Below, in pieces: positions 11,926 through 24,560 of a DNA stretch of 64,000 nt. The position numbers were made by a program, and so were the translations under genes. How positions within the stretch are numbered: the first letter of the stretch is position 1; every line of letters begins with the position of its first letter. A model generated the notes under the pieces. It ran no database searches, was not told the DNA's origin, and worked only from the letters and a program-made list of their open reading frames with translations. The stretch comes from Octopus sinensis (Eukaryota), in assembly GCF_006345805.1 (NCBI RefSeq), contig NC_042999.1, positions 23,498,001-23,562,000 on the forward strand, written 5' to 3'.

Positions 11926-12908
11926 ATATTATATATATGTGTAGATATTCGTATGGGTATAGGTACATAAGTATGCTGGCCCATATAATTGTGCATATAC
12001 GCATTTATATGTCTATGTGTGCGCGCGTGTATATATATATATATATATACACACCTTTCTTTCTCTCTCTGATTCATCAGTCTACACTATCAATTTAGCC
12101 AGTACAATAAATACCTACGTCTATTTTTAGAAACTTGACCATTATATCTCATTATTTTCCCCTTAATTTTTAAAGTTTTCTATTCACTTTAGTACAAACC
12201 TCACTTTCGCACCATTTTCTTTACCTATCTGCCCACCTTAGTGTCTTTCAAGCATATCACCCCACCTCCCACTTCTCACACATATCCCTTCCTTACATCT
12301 TTATCTTTTCCTTCTATCCCTCTACCTATTCTTTCGATTTTGATAGCTCTCCTCTCCCACCCTCTCACAATATCTTGACCACCATCTAGCACTTCTTTTT
12401 TCATTTTTTCTTCCTCTTTCTTTCTTTCTTTTTTTCTTTCTTTCTTTCTTGCTTCCTTTTCTTCTTTCTTTCTTTCTTTCTTTCTTTCGTTCTCCTTTCC
12501 TCCCCTATTCCTTTTGACTAACACCATTCTCCCTAACATACATATCTCTTCTCTTCTCTCTATCTACTTACCCCTACCAGTACGTTCTGAAAATTTCATT
12601 CACAATCGCAAGAAGATACCCTTTTTTGATGAACAGCACATGGAAAATTTATTCTCCATATTATCCACTTGTAATAACAAAATATGGGAACTCCTATCGG
12701 GAATCGCAGAACCATGGACCGAACATTTCTACCCCATTCTACGCAGCAACTTACCTGTAGATTATACAACTGCATATTATATACATTATATTTTACTTTT
12801 ATATGTTATTATTATATTATTCCCTTTATACTTCCTATATCCAAACTTTTCCATATAACTCCTTATATATGGACTATACTATTTCTTTAGTGAAAACTCT
12901 CACATATC

Positions 12909-12957
12909 ATCTCTGATGATGGGAAGTATCCCCTATATCCAGAAACAGCTGTAAGCT
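12909..12957 (+). ncRNA. Minimal hammerhead ribozyme motif in a PLE pseudo-LTR
   Basis: ATCT-CTGATGA-TGG..CCA-GAAAC-AGCT-GTA-AGCT; canonical core, palindromic stem III, stem I with one mismatch. Confidence 0.65.
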
Positions 12958-13029
12958 ACCACCTTTCGTCCTTTTAATAAATGCCCATAAATTCCGCACC
13001 GCTTGGCTTTGTTTTTTCATTTTAACATA

Positions 13030-13339
13030 TATATTTATATGTAGTAGGTATACATATGTACTATATATTAATATATTATCTAGAGTATATATATATATAT
13101 ATATATATTATCTATATATATATAATCATATTATATATTATATTTCATATATATATATATATTATATTATTTCTATATATATATATATATTCATATATAT
13201 ATATATATATATAGTATATATATGATATATATATAATTATAATATATATTATATATATGATATTATATAACTTCGTATTATATATATATATATATATATA
13301 TATAGATATTCATATTATAATGATATATACTATATATAG

Positions 13340-13404
<65 letters not shown>

Positions 13405-13429
13405 CCCTAGATTATATAATATATTATAT

Positions 13430-13508
<79 letters not shown>
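13030..13508. repeat. Long (TA)n microsatellite
   Basis: Direct inspection. Confidence 0.95.
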
Positions 13509-13890
13509 AAGTAGCTTGCTGACGAACCAACATGGTTCAGGGCTCAGCCCCACTGCGTGGTACCTTGGGCAAGTGTCTTTTACTATAGCCTCGGGCCGAC
13601 CAAAGCCTTGTGAGTGGAATTGGTAGACGGAGGCTGAAAGAAGCCCGTCGTATATATCTATATGTATGTGTGTGTGTGTGTATGTGTTTGTGTGTCTGTG
13701 TTTGTCTACCCAACATCGCTTGACGACCGATGCTGGTGTGTTTACGTCCCCGTAACTTAGCGGTTCGGCAAAAGACAACGATAGAATAAGTACTAGGCTT
13801 CCAAAGAATAAGTCCTGGGGTCGATTTGTTCGACTAAAGGCAGTGCTCCAGTATGACCACAGTCAAATGACTGAAACAAGTAAAAGAGTA
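13509..13890 (+). mobile_element. SINE family A lacking the first ~25 nt
   Basis: Body and tail match family A. Confidence 0.85.
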
Positions 13891-14010
13891 CATATATATA
13901 CACATAGTTATATATACATATACATGCGTATATTCAATTAGAAATTATACATGCATATAATCAATTATCAATAACATATATGTACATATATATTTTGTAT
14001 TTATAAAATA

Positions 14011-14405
14011 CTAGCAGTATCGCCCGGCGTTGCTCGGATTTGTAAGGGAAATAACTATATAAGCATTTTTAGAGAGTTATAGCCAAAAAATAGCAAAGAA
14101 ATGCATTAAAAATGGCAAAAAAAATGATGGTAAATTTTTTTTAAATCGTTGACTCATCGTAGACATTTTTAGAGAGTTACTTCCCTTATATTTAAAAAAT
14201 ATGCCTTAAAATGGAAAAAAATGATAGTAAATTATTTTTAAAATCGTAGACTCATCGTAGACGCGCGCTATTACCCAGAAGGGCTTGATATGAATCACGA
14301 CTATAAGATACCCGGTTTTGGTTAAACTGCATCGCAAAATGTGGGAGTAGTTAGGAATCTAAATCGTAGGAGACAGACACACAACTTCACTTTTATATAT
14401 AAAGA
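14011..14405 (-). mobile_element. Helitron family C
   Basis: TC...hairpin-CTAG termini, A|T site. Confidence 0.9.
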
Positions 14406-15234
14406 TATACAAGCTCATAAACGTCAAATAATATAGATTCTACTTTATGTATTGCATCCTTTTCTCCCTTTTCTTAAAAACAATCAACGCACGCATTCAT
14501 ACAGCTTAAACCTAAGGTCAGTAACAACATGTATTAAAACCGAACGGAACAGGGTATATTTAAAGAGATACCCCTTGTAACAGCACTTGATGAGACGCTT
14601 AGGCAACAAGCGATGCGTCCCAACCAGTTGTACAGTATCCCTACCGTTAGGGATTGATGCTGGATGGGTCGAAACGATCGCTGTGAGCAATACACTTTCT
14701 GGTATATTTCATTTTTCCACACACACACACACATCACACGATAAGAGAGGGAAGTAACTATTCATAAGCATATAGAAATGTAATGTAATGTAATATAATA
14801 TAATTATAATGCTAATACACACACACACATGAGAGAGGGCAGTACCTATTTATATCGAATGTGATATATAAGTGTATCTCGTATATCAGATAGCCTTGAA
14901 CCAGTTGATGATCTCAACTTCAGAGAGTTCATTAGAAAGAGAAGGAGTCATAATTAAAATATAATGTTCAATACAACAAGTAGAGAGTAAATGACTTTAG
15001 TTAATGTTATATGATTCTTACAGGTCTAGTACTGTTGTATCACCAGGGATGGTGAATTCTCCATAAGTGTGCAAGTGTACTCCCTATATATCTATATATA
15101 TATATATACATATAGCTCAAGAGACAACTGTCAAACGGTCTTGTTTGCCGCTTGGATAATGGCGGAATAAAATAATTTCGAGCAGGAAACCATGGGCTAG
15201 GTGTACTTACAAGATTTGTGCTTTTTTTTTAAAG

Positions 15235-15259
15235 ATTATATAATAATAATAATAATAAC

Positions 15260-15293
<34 letters not shown>

Positions 15294-15493
15294 TAATAAT
15301 AATAATAGTAATAATAATAATAATGATAATAATAATAATAATAATAATAAAAATAATAATAATGCTAATAATAATAGTAATAATAATGATAATAATAATA
15401 ATAATAATAATAACAATAATAATGATAATAATAACAATAATAATAATAATAATAATAATAATATAATAACAACAACAACAACAATAATAATAA
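15235..15493. repeat. (AAT)n/(AAC)n microsatellite
   Basis: Direct inspection. Confidence 0.95.
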
Positions 15494-16048
15494 ATGACTT
15501 GATGCAGTACCAGGCAGTGGCTCTCGTGGCTTCTGATCTTAACTGATTGGAAGTGTTATCATGTACATAGTTTTATCTTGGTATAAAAGATGGGCTATAG
15601 CAAATATTCTGCTCAATACCACGGATTTGCTTGTCAGTTGCTAGACCTTAACCAGTTGAGCATGTCCCTTGGTGGTGACGATATGTGCATCTCTTGTCAC
15701 GAGCAGAAATAGTGGGGGAGAATCATAGCCATGTGTTGAGAGGGATTCTTTGGGGTTTGAATAATTCACCTCTGGAAACATGAGTGTTTCGTTCAACATC
15801 CTTAAACAACCCTTATTCAGGGACTTTTTGAGCATGATGGGTTACTCGACCTGAAGAAAATTCTAACTGGGTCCCACTTGCAAGGTCATGTGCTGTTTAT
15901 CTTGATATGAGTTCACCATGTCGCGCACATATGGCTGTGATGTATGTGCCTGGTGTACCCTTATCAGACGGGTAGTCATGATGGGTATATTGGGCTTCGT
16001 ATATTCTACCCCAGTGTCACTTTGAATGCATGCACTTCTCTCTCACTC
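15494..16048 (+). mobile_element. (TAA)n-embedded interspersed repeat, probably the 3' UTR of an R4/Dong-type LINE
   Basis: Flanked by (AAT)n on both sides; second copy at 34581-34993 also abuts (AAT)n; no ORF. Confidence 0.55.
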
Positions 16049-16107
<59 letters not shown>

Positions 16108-16722
16108 TCAGGCCATAATGTTGTAGCTCTGCGTCGGCAAGACTTGAAAAAATATAGAAAAAAGTGTTGAATCATTCATTCATAAACTTCTCCATACAGA
16201 AAATAACATGGACTAAAATCCTAAGAAAATACGAAATTACAATAATTTCAATGCCATGATTAGCGAAAGCGAAACCGGTCGACAAACACTATAAAATATA
16301 TTTAAAAATATATTAAAACTATGTAAAGTGTGTTCATTTCCCTTCTTTTATTTTATAGGGCGTGCGTTAGGGTGGGTGGTGAAGTAAGTGAGTGGTTTTA
16401 TATGAAGGTGGGGTTAATACAGGGTTGTGTGATGTCTCTGTGGTTGTTTAATCTATAGGTGGATGGTGTGATGAGAGAGGTAAATGTTAGAAAATTTGAT
16501 AGTGGAGCCTAAATAGTGGGAGAAAATGGAGAGAAATAGCAGGTGAGTTAGTTGTTTCCTGATGATACGGAACTGGTGGCAGATTCGGAAGAGCAACTGA
16601 GGAAACTGGTAGTATAGTTTGGAAGAATGTGTGAGAAGAGGGAACTTAATGTGAATGTAGCAAGGGGTAAGGTGATGAGATGTTCGAGAGATGGAATGGC
16701 TGGTAGGAAGGATGTGAGTATA

Positions 16723-17126
16723 TATTTCTTTACTACCCACAAGGGGCTAAACTTAGAGAGGACACACAAGGACAGACGAACGGATTAAGTCGATTACATC
16801 GACCCCAGTGCGAAATTGGTACTTTATTTATCGACCCCGAAAGGATGTAAGGCAAAGTCGACCTCGGCGGAATTTGAACTCAGAATGTAACGACAGACGA
16901 AATACTTATTTCTTTACTAACCACAAGGGGCTAAACACAGAGGGGACACACAAGGACAGACGAACGGATTAAGTCGATTACATCGACCGCAGTGCGAAAC
17001 TGGAACTTTATTTATCGACCCCGAAAGGATGTAAGGCAAAGTCGACCTCGGCGGAATTTGAACTCAGAACGTAAGGACAGACGAAATACCGCTAAGCATT
17101 TCGCCCGGCGCGCTAACGTTTCTTCC
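16723..17126 (-). mobile_element. SINE B dimer with a single 14-bp TSD
   Basis: TSD AGGATGTGAGTATA at 16709-16722 and 17127-17140. Confidence 0.9.
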
Positions 17127-17705
17127 AGGATGTGAGTATAAATGGTGAGATGTTAGAGGGGGTGATTGCATTTAAGTATCTGGGATCACACATGACAGCG
17201 GTTGGGGGTTGACTGGAAAAGTAGGATATAGAGTGAGGGAAGGGAGTAAGATATTTGGAATTGTGAAAAGTATGCTGAGAGATGAAAGGTCGAATATGAA
17301 TGCGAAAAGAGGTGTGCATGAGGGCGTGATTGTGCCGACAATGTTATATGGTGCAAAGGTGTGGGAGCTGAGTGAGGCGCAAAGGAGGCGACTAGTTGTC
17401 TTTGAGATCAGATGTTTGAGGGCTATAGTCGGTGTGACACGGATGGAGAGGATGAGGAATGAGGAAGTGCGAAGGCGAACAGAAATGATAGAAAAACTAT
17501 CAACCAAAAGGGATAGACGAATGTTGAGGTGGTTTGGCCACATGGAGAGGATGAATGAAGAGCGGATGGTAAGGAGGCTGATGAAGGCAGAAGTGGTAGG
17601 CAGCAGAACCAGAGGCAAACTTCGATTTGTGCGGATGGATGGAGTGAGGAAAGTCATGGTGATTAGAGGTGCTGGAGTGAGAAAAGCAAGAGAATTTATA
17701 AATGA

Positions 17706-18096
17706 CTAGCAGTATCGCCCGGCGTTGCTCGGGTTTGTAAGGGAAATAACTATATAAGCATTTTTAGAGATGTAAAGTATAATAGCCATCTCAATATGGC
17801 TAACCACAAAGGGGGGTGTTACTGTAGGTTTTTACGTTCTGAGATTTAATAATAAATTTTTAGAGAGTTACTTCCCTTATATAATAGCAAAAAAATGCAT
17901 TAAAATGGGAAAAAATGATGGTAATTTCTTTTTAAATCGTAGACTCATCGCTGACGCATGCTAATACCCCGAAGAGCTCGATATGAATCATGACTATAAG
18001 ATACCCGGTTTTGGTTAAACTGCACTGCAAAATGTGGGAGTAGTTAGGAATCTAAATCGTAGGAGACAGACACACAACTTCACTTTTATATATATA
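17706..18096 (-). mobile_element. Helitron family C with extra internal segment (first of a tandem pair)
   Basis: CTAG end at 17706; internal AGCCATCTCAATATGGCTAACCAC segment also present in the 28581 copy. Confidence 0.85.
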
Positions 18097-18393
18097 CTAG
18101 CAGTATCGCCCGGCGTTGCTCGGGTTTGTAAGGGAAATAACTATAAAGCATTTTAAGAGAGCTATAGCCAAAAAATAGCAAAAAAATGCATTAAAATGGA
18201 AAAAAATTATGGTAATTTTTTTTTAAATCGTAGACTCATCGTAGACGCGCGCTAATACCCAGAAGGGCTCGATATGAATCACGACTCTAAGATACCCGCT
18301 TTTGGTTAAACTGCACCGCAAAATGTGGGAGTAGTTAGGAATCTAAATCGTAGGAGACAGACAGACACACAACCTCACTTTTATATATAAAGA
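18097..18393 (-). mobile_element. Helitron family C (second of a tandem pair)
   Basis: CTAG at 18097-18100, TC end at 18393. Confidence 0.9.
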
Positions 18394-18651
18394 TAAGAAA
18401 GCTTTGAGAGTGTTTGTGGACGGATGAGTGAATTTGATGTTGCTCAAAGGGGTACGGAATCTCCATGACGCAGCGGGGGGTAAACCAGCATCTGCTATCG
18501 GACACCGCTGTTGACACTGGAGGTTGCGTTCTATGTTCTGACCCGAGTACTGAACTTTGAGCTGGGAGACGAAGAGAATGCTTAGTGTGTGTCTTGTGAC
18601 TACCTCCTCCTAAAGAAATGGGAAATAGGCCTGGGTATATATATATATATA

Positions 18652-18773
18652 TACTCTTTTACACACTTATTTGTTTCAGTCATTTGACTGCGGCCATGCT
18701 GGAGCACCACCTTTAGTCGAGCAACTCGATCCCAGGACTCATTCTTTGTAAGCCTAGTACTTATTCTATCGGT
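18652..18773 (-). mobile_element. SINE A 3' tail only
   Basis: Reverse complement of the family A tail. Confidence 0.8.
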
Positions 18774-18987
18774 ATAAGTGTATCTCGTATATCAGATAGC
18801 CTTGAACCAGTTGGTGATCTCAACTTCAGAGAGTTCATTAGAAAGAGAAGGAGTCATAATTAAAATATAATGTTCAATACAACAAGTAGAGAGTAAATGA
18901 CTTTAGTTAATGTTATATGATTCTACAGGTATAGTACTGTTGTATCACCAGGGATGGTGAATTCTCCATGAGTGTGCAAGTTACATC

Positions 18988-19032
<45 letters not shown>

Positions 19033-19229
19033 TATCTATCGATTATCTATCTATATCTATCTATCTATTATATATTTATCTATATCTATCTATATATCTA
19101 TCTATCTATATATATCGATCTATCTAGATATCTATTATATATATATAGATATATAGATATATATATATAGATAGATAGATAGATATATAGATGATATATA
19201 TAGATATAATATATAGATATTATATATAT

Positions 19230-19261
<32 letters not shown>

Positions 19262-19273
19262 GATATATAATAT

Positions 19274-19342
<69 letters not shown>

Positions 19343-19486
19343 CGATAGATAAATAGATAGATCTGAAAAAACAACTGTCAAACGATCTCGTTTTCCGGTT
19401 AATGACAGAATAAATTATTATTTCGAGCAGGAAAACTTGGGTAGATATATTTAAAAGATTTGTTGGGTTTCTTAAGATTATATATA

Positions 19487-19626
19487 TACCAAATCCACTC
19501 ACAAGGCCTTGGTCGGTCCGAGCCTATAGTAGAAGACACTTTCCCAAGGTGCTACGCAGTGGGACTGAAACTGGAACCATGTGGTTAGGAAGCAAGCTTT
19601 TTTCCACACAGTCGCTCCTGCACCTA
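19487..19626 (-). mobile_element. SINE A head fragment
   Basis: Reverse complement of the A/B-box head. Confidence 0.75.
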
Positions 19627-20057
19627 TATATATATATATTATATATATTATTGTGTCTGGGGAGAGCCATTTTGTTTTAATGAAGTACAAGAAGCAACGA
19701 AAATTTTAGAAAACATAAATAAATGAGTGGAAATCGAACCGGTGAGAGTGTTAATTAATCAGGCATTAAAACAGAATGAATCACCCCAGACAAAAATAAA
19801 ATATGCTTCAATGCACGAATTCACATAAAGAACCTTGCGAACCGAACACAAGAACGAAATATATGTATGTGTCTATGTATACATATTCATCTGGAAATAT
19901 GCGTGTGTTTGTGATTGTGTGTGTGTGTGTGTGTTTATGTGTGTGTGCGAGCGTGTGCGTGTATGTATGTATGTACATATGTATGTATATATCTATGGTT
20001 TATGTAATTCAGACAGTATTAAATCATCTTAGCCATCTATGAGTCATACTATATTCA

Positions 20058-20223
20058 ACGTGGCTGTGTGGTAAGTAGCTTGCTAACCAACCACATGGTT
20101 GCGGGTTCAGTCCCACTGAGTGGCACCTTGGGCAAGTGTCTTCTGCTATAGCCCAGGCCCGACCAATGCCGTTGTGAGTGGATTGGTAGACGGAAACTGA
20201 AAGAAGCCTGCGTATATATGTAT

Positions 20224-20293
<70 letters not shown>

Positions 20294-20502
20294 TTGTGTG
20301 TCTGTGTTTGTCCCCCTAGCATTGCTTGACAACCGATGCTGGTGTGTTTACGTCCCCGTCACTTAGCGGTTCGGCAAAAAAGAGACCGATAGAATAAGTA
20401 CTGGGCTTACAAAGAATAAGTCCCGGGGTCGATTTGCTCGACTAAAGGCGGTGCTCCAGCATGGCCGCGGTCAAATGGCTGAAACAAGTAAAAAGACAGA
20501 GT
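20058..20502 (+). mobile_element. SINE family A
   Basis: Head, internal (TA)n(TG)n, tail. Confidence 0.9.
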
Positions 20503-20840
20503 ACTTACATTGCTATTAGACCAGTTATTACGGTATTGGTCCCAAAATAACATCTCTCATGGACCTGCTGTGTCAAAAATACTATAAATATCAGACGGAG
20601 ACGAAAATTGGTCCCAGCGAAAACGCAAGATGTATTTCGGCCTTCATGGGTCTTTTCGTTGTCCTCTACTCGCATCGACCCATGCACTCAGACTAGATTT
20701 CGACGCAACCGTTATAGAAAAAGTGAATAAATATTCACTGATATTATAAATAGCGGCCTGGCTGAATATAAATACGGTATACAGGATTTTATTAAAAGAG
20801 CCACCTATGTATCATACATAATGTATACTCTCTCTCTCTC

Positions 20841-21058
20841 TTTCACTCTTTTACTTGTTTCAGTCATTTGACTGCGGCCATGCTGGAACACCGCCTTTAG
20901 TCGAGCAAATCGACCCCGGGACTTATTCTTTGTAAGCCTAGTACGTATTCTATCGGTCTCTTTTGACGAACCGCTAAGTAACGGGGACGTAAACACACCA
21001 GCATCGGTTGTCAGCAATGCTAGGGAGGACAAACACAGACACACAAACACACACACTT

Positions 21059-21122
<64 letters not shown>

Positions 21123-21285
21123 TACGACAGGCCTCTTTCAGTTTCCGTCTACCAAATCCACTCACAAGGCATTGGTCGGCCGGGGCTATAGCAGAGACAC
21201 TTGCCCAAGATTGCCACGCAGTGGGACTGAACCGGAACCATGTGGGTGGTTAGCAAGCTACTACCACACAGCCATTCCTACGCCT
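20841..21285 (-). mobile_element. SINE family A
   Basis: Full reverse-complement copy with internal (TA)n. Confidence 0.9.
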
Positions 21286-21540
21286 GTATATAAAGTATAT
21301 ACACTTTTAATGGATCAATTACTGCAGTATTTGCCCTGAGATATCTCCTATAGAAATGCTGTATTAAAAATACAAGAAATATTGGGAGACAGACCAAAAA
21401 TCGTCCCCAGATATTCTGTTTTTCATTCCTTTGATGATTCAGTGTTTTAATGGAAATCGTTTCTTTGTTTTTTTTTTTTACCTTTCCTCTATATTAAAAG
21501 TAAAGTTGAAGTTAAATTTATTGTTTCCTGTTCCATATTA

Positions 21541-21937
21541 TCTTTATATATAAAAGTCAAGTTGTGTGTCTGTCTCCTACGATTTAGATTCCTAACTACT
21601 CCCACATTTTGCGGTGCAGTTTAACCAAAACCGGGTATCTTATAGTCGTGATTCATATCGAGCCCTTCTGGGTATTAGCGCGCGCCTACGATGAGTCTAC
21701 GATTTAAAAAAAAAATTTACCCTCATTTTTCCATTTTAATGCATTTTTTCGCTATTATATAAGGGAAGTAACTCTCTAAAAATATCTACGATGAGTCAAC
21801 GGTTTAAAAAAAAAATTACCATCATTTTTTTCCCATTTTTAATGCATTTTTTTGCTATTTCTTGGCTATAACTCTCTAAAAATACTTATATAGTTATTTC
21901 CCTTACAAACCCGAACAACGCCGGGCGATACTGCTAG
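21541..21937 (+). mobile_element. Helitron family C
   Basis: A|TCTTTATATATAAAAG ... CCCGAACAACGCCGGGCGATACTGCTAG|T. Confidence 0.9.
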
Positions 21938-22071
21938 TACATAATAAATTTCAATTTTAGTTTTAAAAAGTAATTATGAGCAACAGAAGCAGTACCAATA
22001 ACTAAAGGTAATATGTATCCACACTTAAAAGTGAACGTTGTGTAAGTACACAAAATACTACGATAGTTATA

Positions 22072-22239
22072 AGCGTAGGAGTGTGTGTGTGGTAATTAGC
22101 TTGCTTACGAACCACATGGTTTCGGGTTCAGTCCCACTGCGTGGCTCCTTGGGCAAGTGTCTTCTACTATAGCCTCGGGCAAACCAAAGCCTTGTGAGTG
22201 GATTTGGTAGACGGAAACTGAAAGAATCCGTCGTATATA

Positions 22240-22272
<33 letters not shown>

Positions 22273-22551
22273 TATATATATATAATATATATATATATAG
22301 AATATATCTATTATATGTGTGTGTGTGTGTGTGCTTGTGTGTTTGTGTGTCTGTGTTTATCCCCCCAACATCGCTTGACAACCGATGCTGGTGTGTTTAC
22401 GTCCCCGTAACATAGCCGCTCGGCAAAAGAGACCGATAGAATAAGTACTAGGCTTACAAAGTATAAGTCCTGGGGTTGATTTGCTCGTCTAAAGGCGGTG
22501 CTCCAGCATGGCTACAGTGAAATGACTGAAACAAGTAAAAGAGTAAAGAGT
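22072..22551 (+). mobile_element. SINE family A
   Basis: Head, internal microsatellite, tail. Confidence 0.9.
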
Positions 22552-22649
22552 TATCTCAAGAGAAATTCTCATATTGACATTCGGTGCATAGAAGCTAGAA
22601 CGCATGATGACGAATTTGATCCATCCATTCACCTCCTCCTCCGACTCCC

Positions 22650-22980
22650 ACCCACTATTCCTGGGACGGTTGATTCCTCAGGCACCTTCTCCATAAGGTC
22701 CTATCAGAAACAACCATCATTACACTTTCTGCTTGGATTTCCAAGTTTGACTGGTTGAGACTACAGATATTATCCAGTTTTTTCGTTCTTGGTCCACTCC
22801 TAGGTCTCTTGCCGCTTGGCTCGGTTTGAAGAATCCGTTTTGCGATTCTTTCCTGCGATATTCTAATTACGTGTCCATAGTATCGAAGCTATGATCTCTC
22901 AATACGAAATAGCAGCTCAACCTGGAGAGACTCCGTGATCTCCGAGTTACGCACCTTTGTCAAGTAACATTACTCCAGAT
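22650..22980 (-). mobile_element. RTE (Rex3/Expander-like) LINE 3' fragment
   Basis: KVRNSEITESLQVELLFRIERS*LRYYGHVIRISQERIAKRILQTEPSGKRPRSGPRT. Confidence 0.7.
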
Positions 22981-22987
22981 AATTTAA

Positions 22988-23336
22988 TCTCTATGTATAA
23001 AGCTGAAGTTGTCTGTGTATGGCAGGTTTGGTAGCCTTCAACTAACACTATCTCCTCCGAGACCCTGCGGCACAAGTTGACCAAAATTGAGAGTATGATA
23101 GAAGAAGGCTTGCCCTTCCTTCCGTAGAAGAAAAAATTCAAATCGGACCATGTTAACACCAAAAAGTATTTACATCAAAAAGATGCTTTTTTTCTATGAA
23201 AATCCCTATTTTTTTACGATTTTTTGACTGCTATATCGCCTTTTTCGGTGTATTTCAACCAGAAAAATGTTCACTTAATGTTTACTTTTCAAAAATTCCA
23301 ATTCTAAAGGGTCGAAACAAAATCCGATACTGCTAG
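22988..23336 (+). mobile_element. Helitron family D (3' hairpin deleted)
   Basis: A|TCTCTATGTATAAAGCTGAAG ... GATACTGCTAG|T; body matches 25161-25554. Confidence 0.8.
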
Positions 23337-24192
23337 TGTAAAAGTATATTTCACATGAGAAGTTATCTGTTTTAAGTGAAAAGTTGAATTTTAAAAGCTA
23401 TTGAGATTTAAATACAAAAACAGCACACGGCAATACAAAATTATTGTAAAACAATCATTCTGGTTTAAAAGACATCGAGTATATCAGAGGCCATAATATC
23501 ACGTCGTTATAATAGGATTATAATAGTATTGTTGTTAAAATGCTTTGGTGAAACCACAAACTACAGTTCCAAATTGTCACAACTCAAGTGTTGTTTGTGG
23601 TTAAGAAAAAAAACAAAGACCGTATCATTACATTGTTATAATCCAATCATTGTAGGTCGTAAATGTTAGATAAAACAGTAAGACAACAATCACAGTACTC
23701 TGTTGTTATAATTCAAGTGGTGGTATTTAAAATATATGGAGAAATACATGGACTACAATATTGCATTCATATAAAATTGATCAATGTAGATTTTTATGCA
23801 GTTGATAATAAAAGATTAGGAAACAAAGAAGCTATGGAGAAATACAGGAACTACAATATTGAAATCTATAGAGAAACACAAGGACTACTGTATAGTGTTC
23901 TTACATATTAACCGTTGTGGTTTTATGTAGTTGATAATAATAATATTATAAAAAAAAAACACAAAGAAGTTAAAGAAGAGAATGGATTCCTAGAAATTGC
24001 AATAACACCAACAAGAGTTGTATTGTAATTTTCAGTGATAGAAAACACATGGGTAAAATTGAAAGTTACTATTTTCTCAATCATGGTTTCCAATGTATGT
24101 AAAAGGAATATTTAAAACAAAATTAAATAAAAAAACGTAACTGAAATTTAAAGAACATTTCTCCTTAAGATATGAAATCAACAAGGGATATA

Positions 24193-24450
24193 TTGGGTTG
24201 TCCGGAAAGTTCGTGCCGATTTTTAAAGGAAAGAAAAAGGTCAATAAATACTTGCCATTACATTTTTAATCGACCAAATCTTTAAATGATTATTCTGGAG
24301 CATATTCACCATCTACTTCAATTACTGCTTCCCATTTGCTTGGCAGATGACCAGACCGTCATTTAAAGATGTTTTTGTTAAATATTGTTATTGCTTTTGT
24401 TGAATAAAATTTGTTGAAAAAAAGCCGCAATGCATCAACCTAATAATTAT
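24193..24450 (-). mobile_element. Mariner terminus plus a transposase C-terminal remnant
   Basis: TA|TTGGGTTGTCCGGAAAGTTCGTGCCGATT TIR; minus strand HLPSKWEAVIEVDGEYAPE*. Confidence 0.6.
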
Positions 24451-24560
24451 AAAAATATAATAGGATTTTTTTAAACATCAAATGGCTATGAGGGTCCATC
24501 TGAGTAAAATAGGAACCAAATGGGTCCATAGGAGAAAAAGGGTTCAGAACTACTAATGTA

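Larger units (their letters stand above)
16359..18427 (+). mobile_element. Decayed RTE-clade LINE (RT to C-terminus), interrupted by a SINE-B dimer and a Helitron dimer
   Basis: QGCVMSLWLFNL, FPDDTELVADSEEQLRKL, FKYLGS, GVIVPTMLYGAKVW, MLRWFGHMERM; frame resumes after the Helitrons as NDKKALRVFVDG* (stop 18425-18427). Confidence 0.85.
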
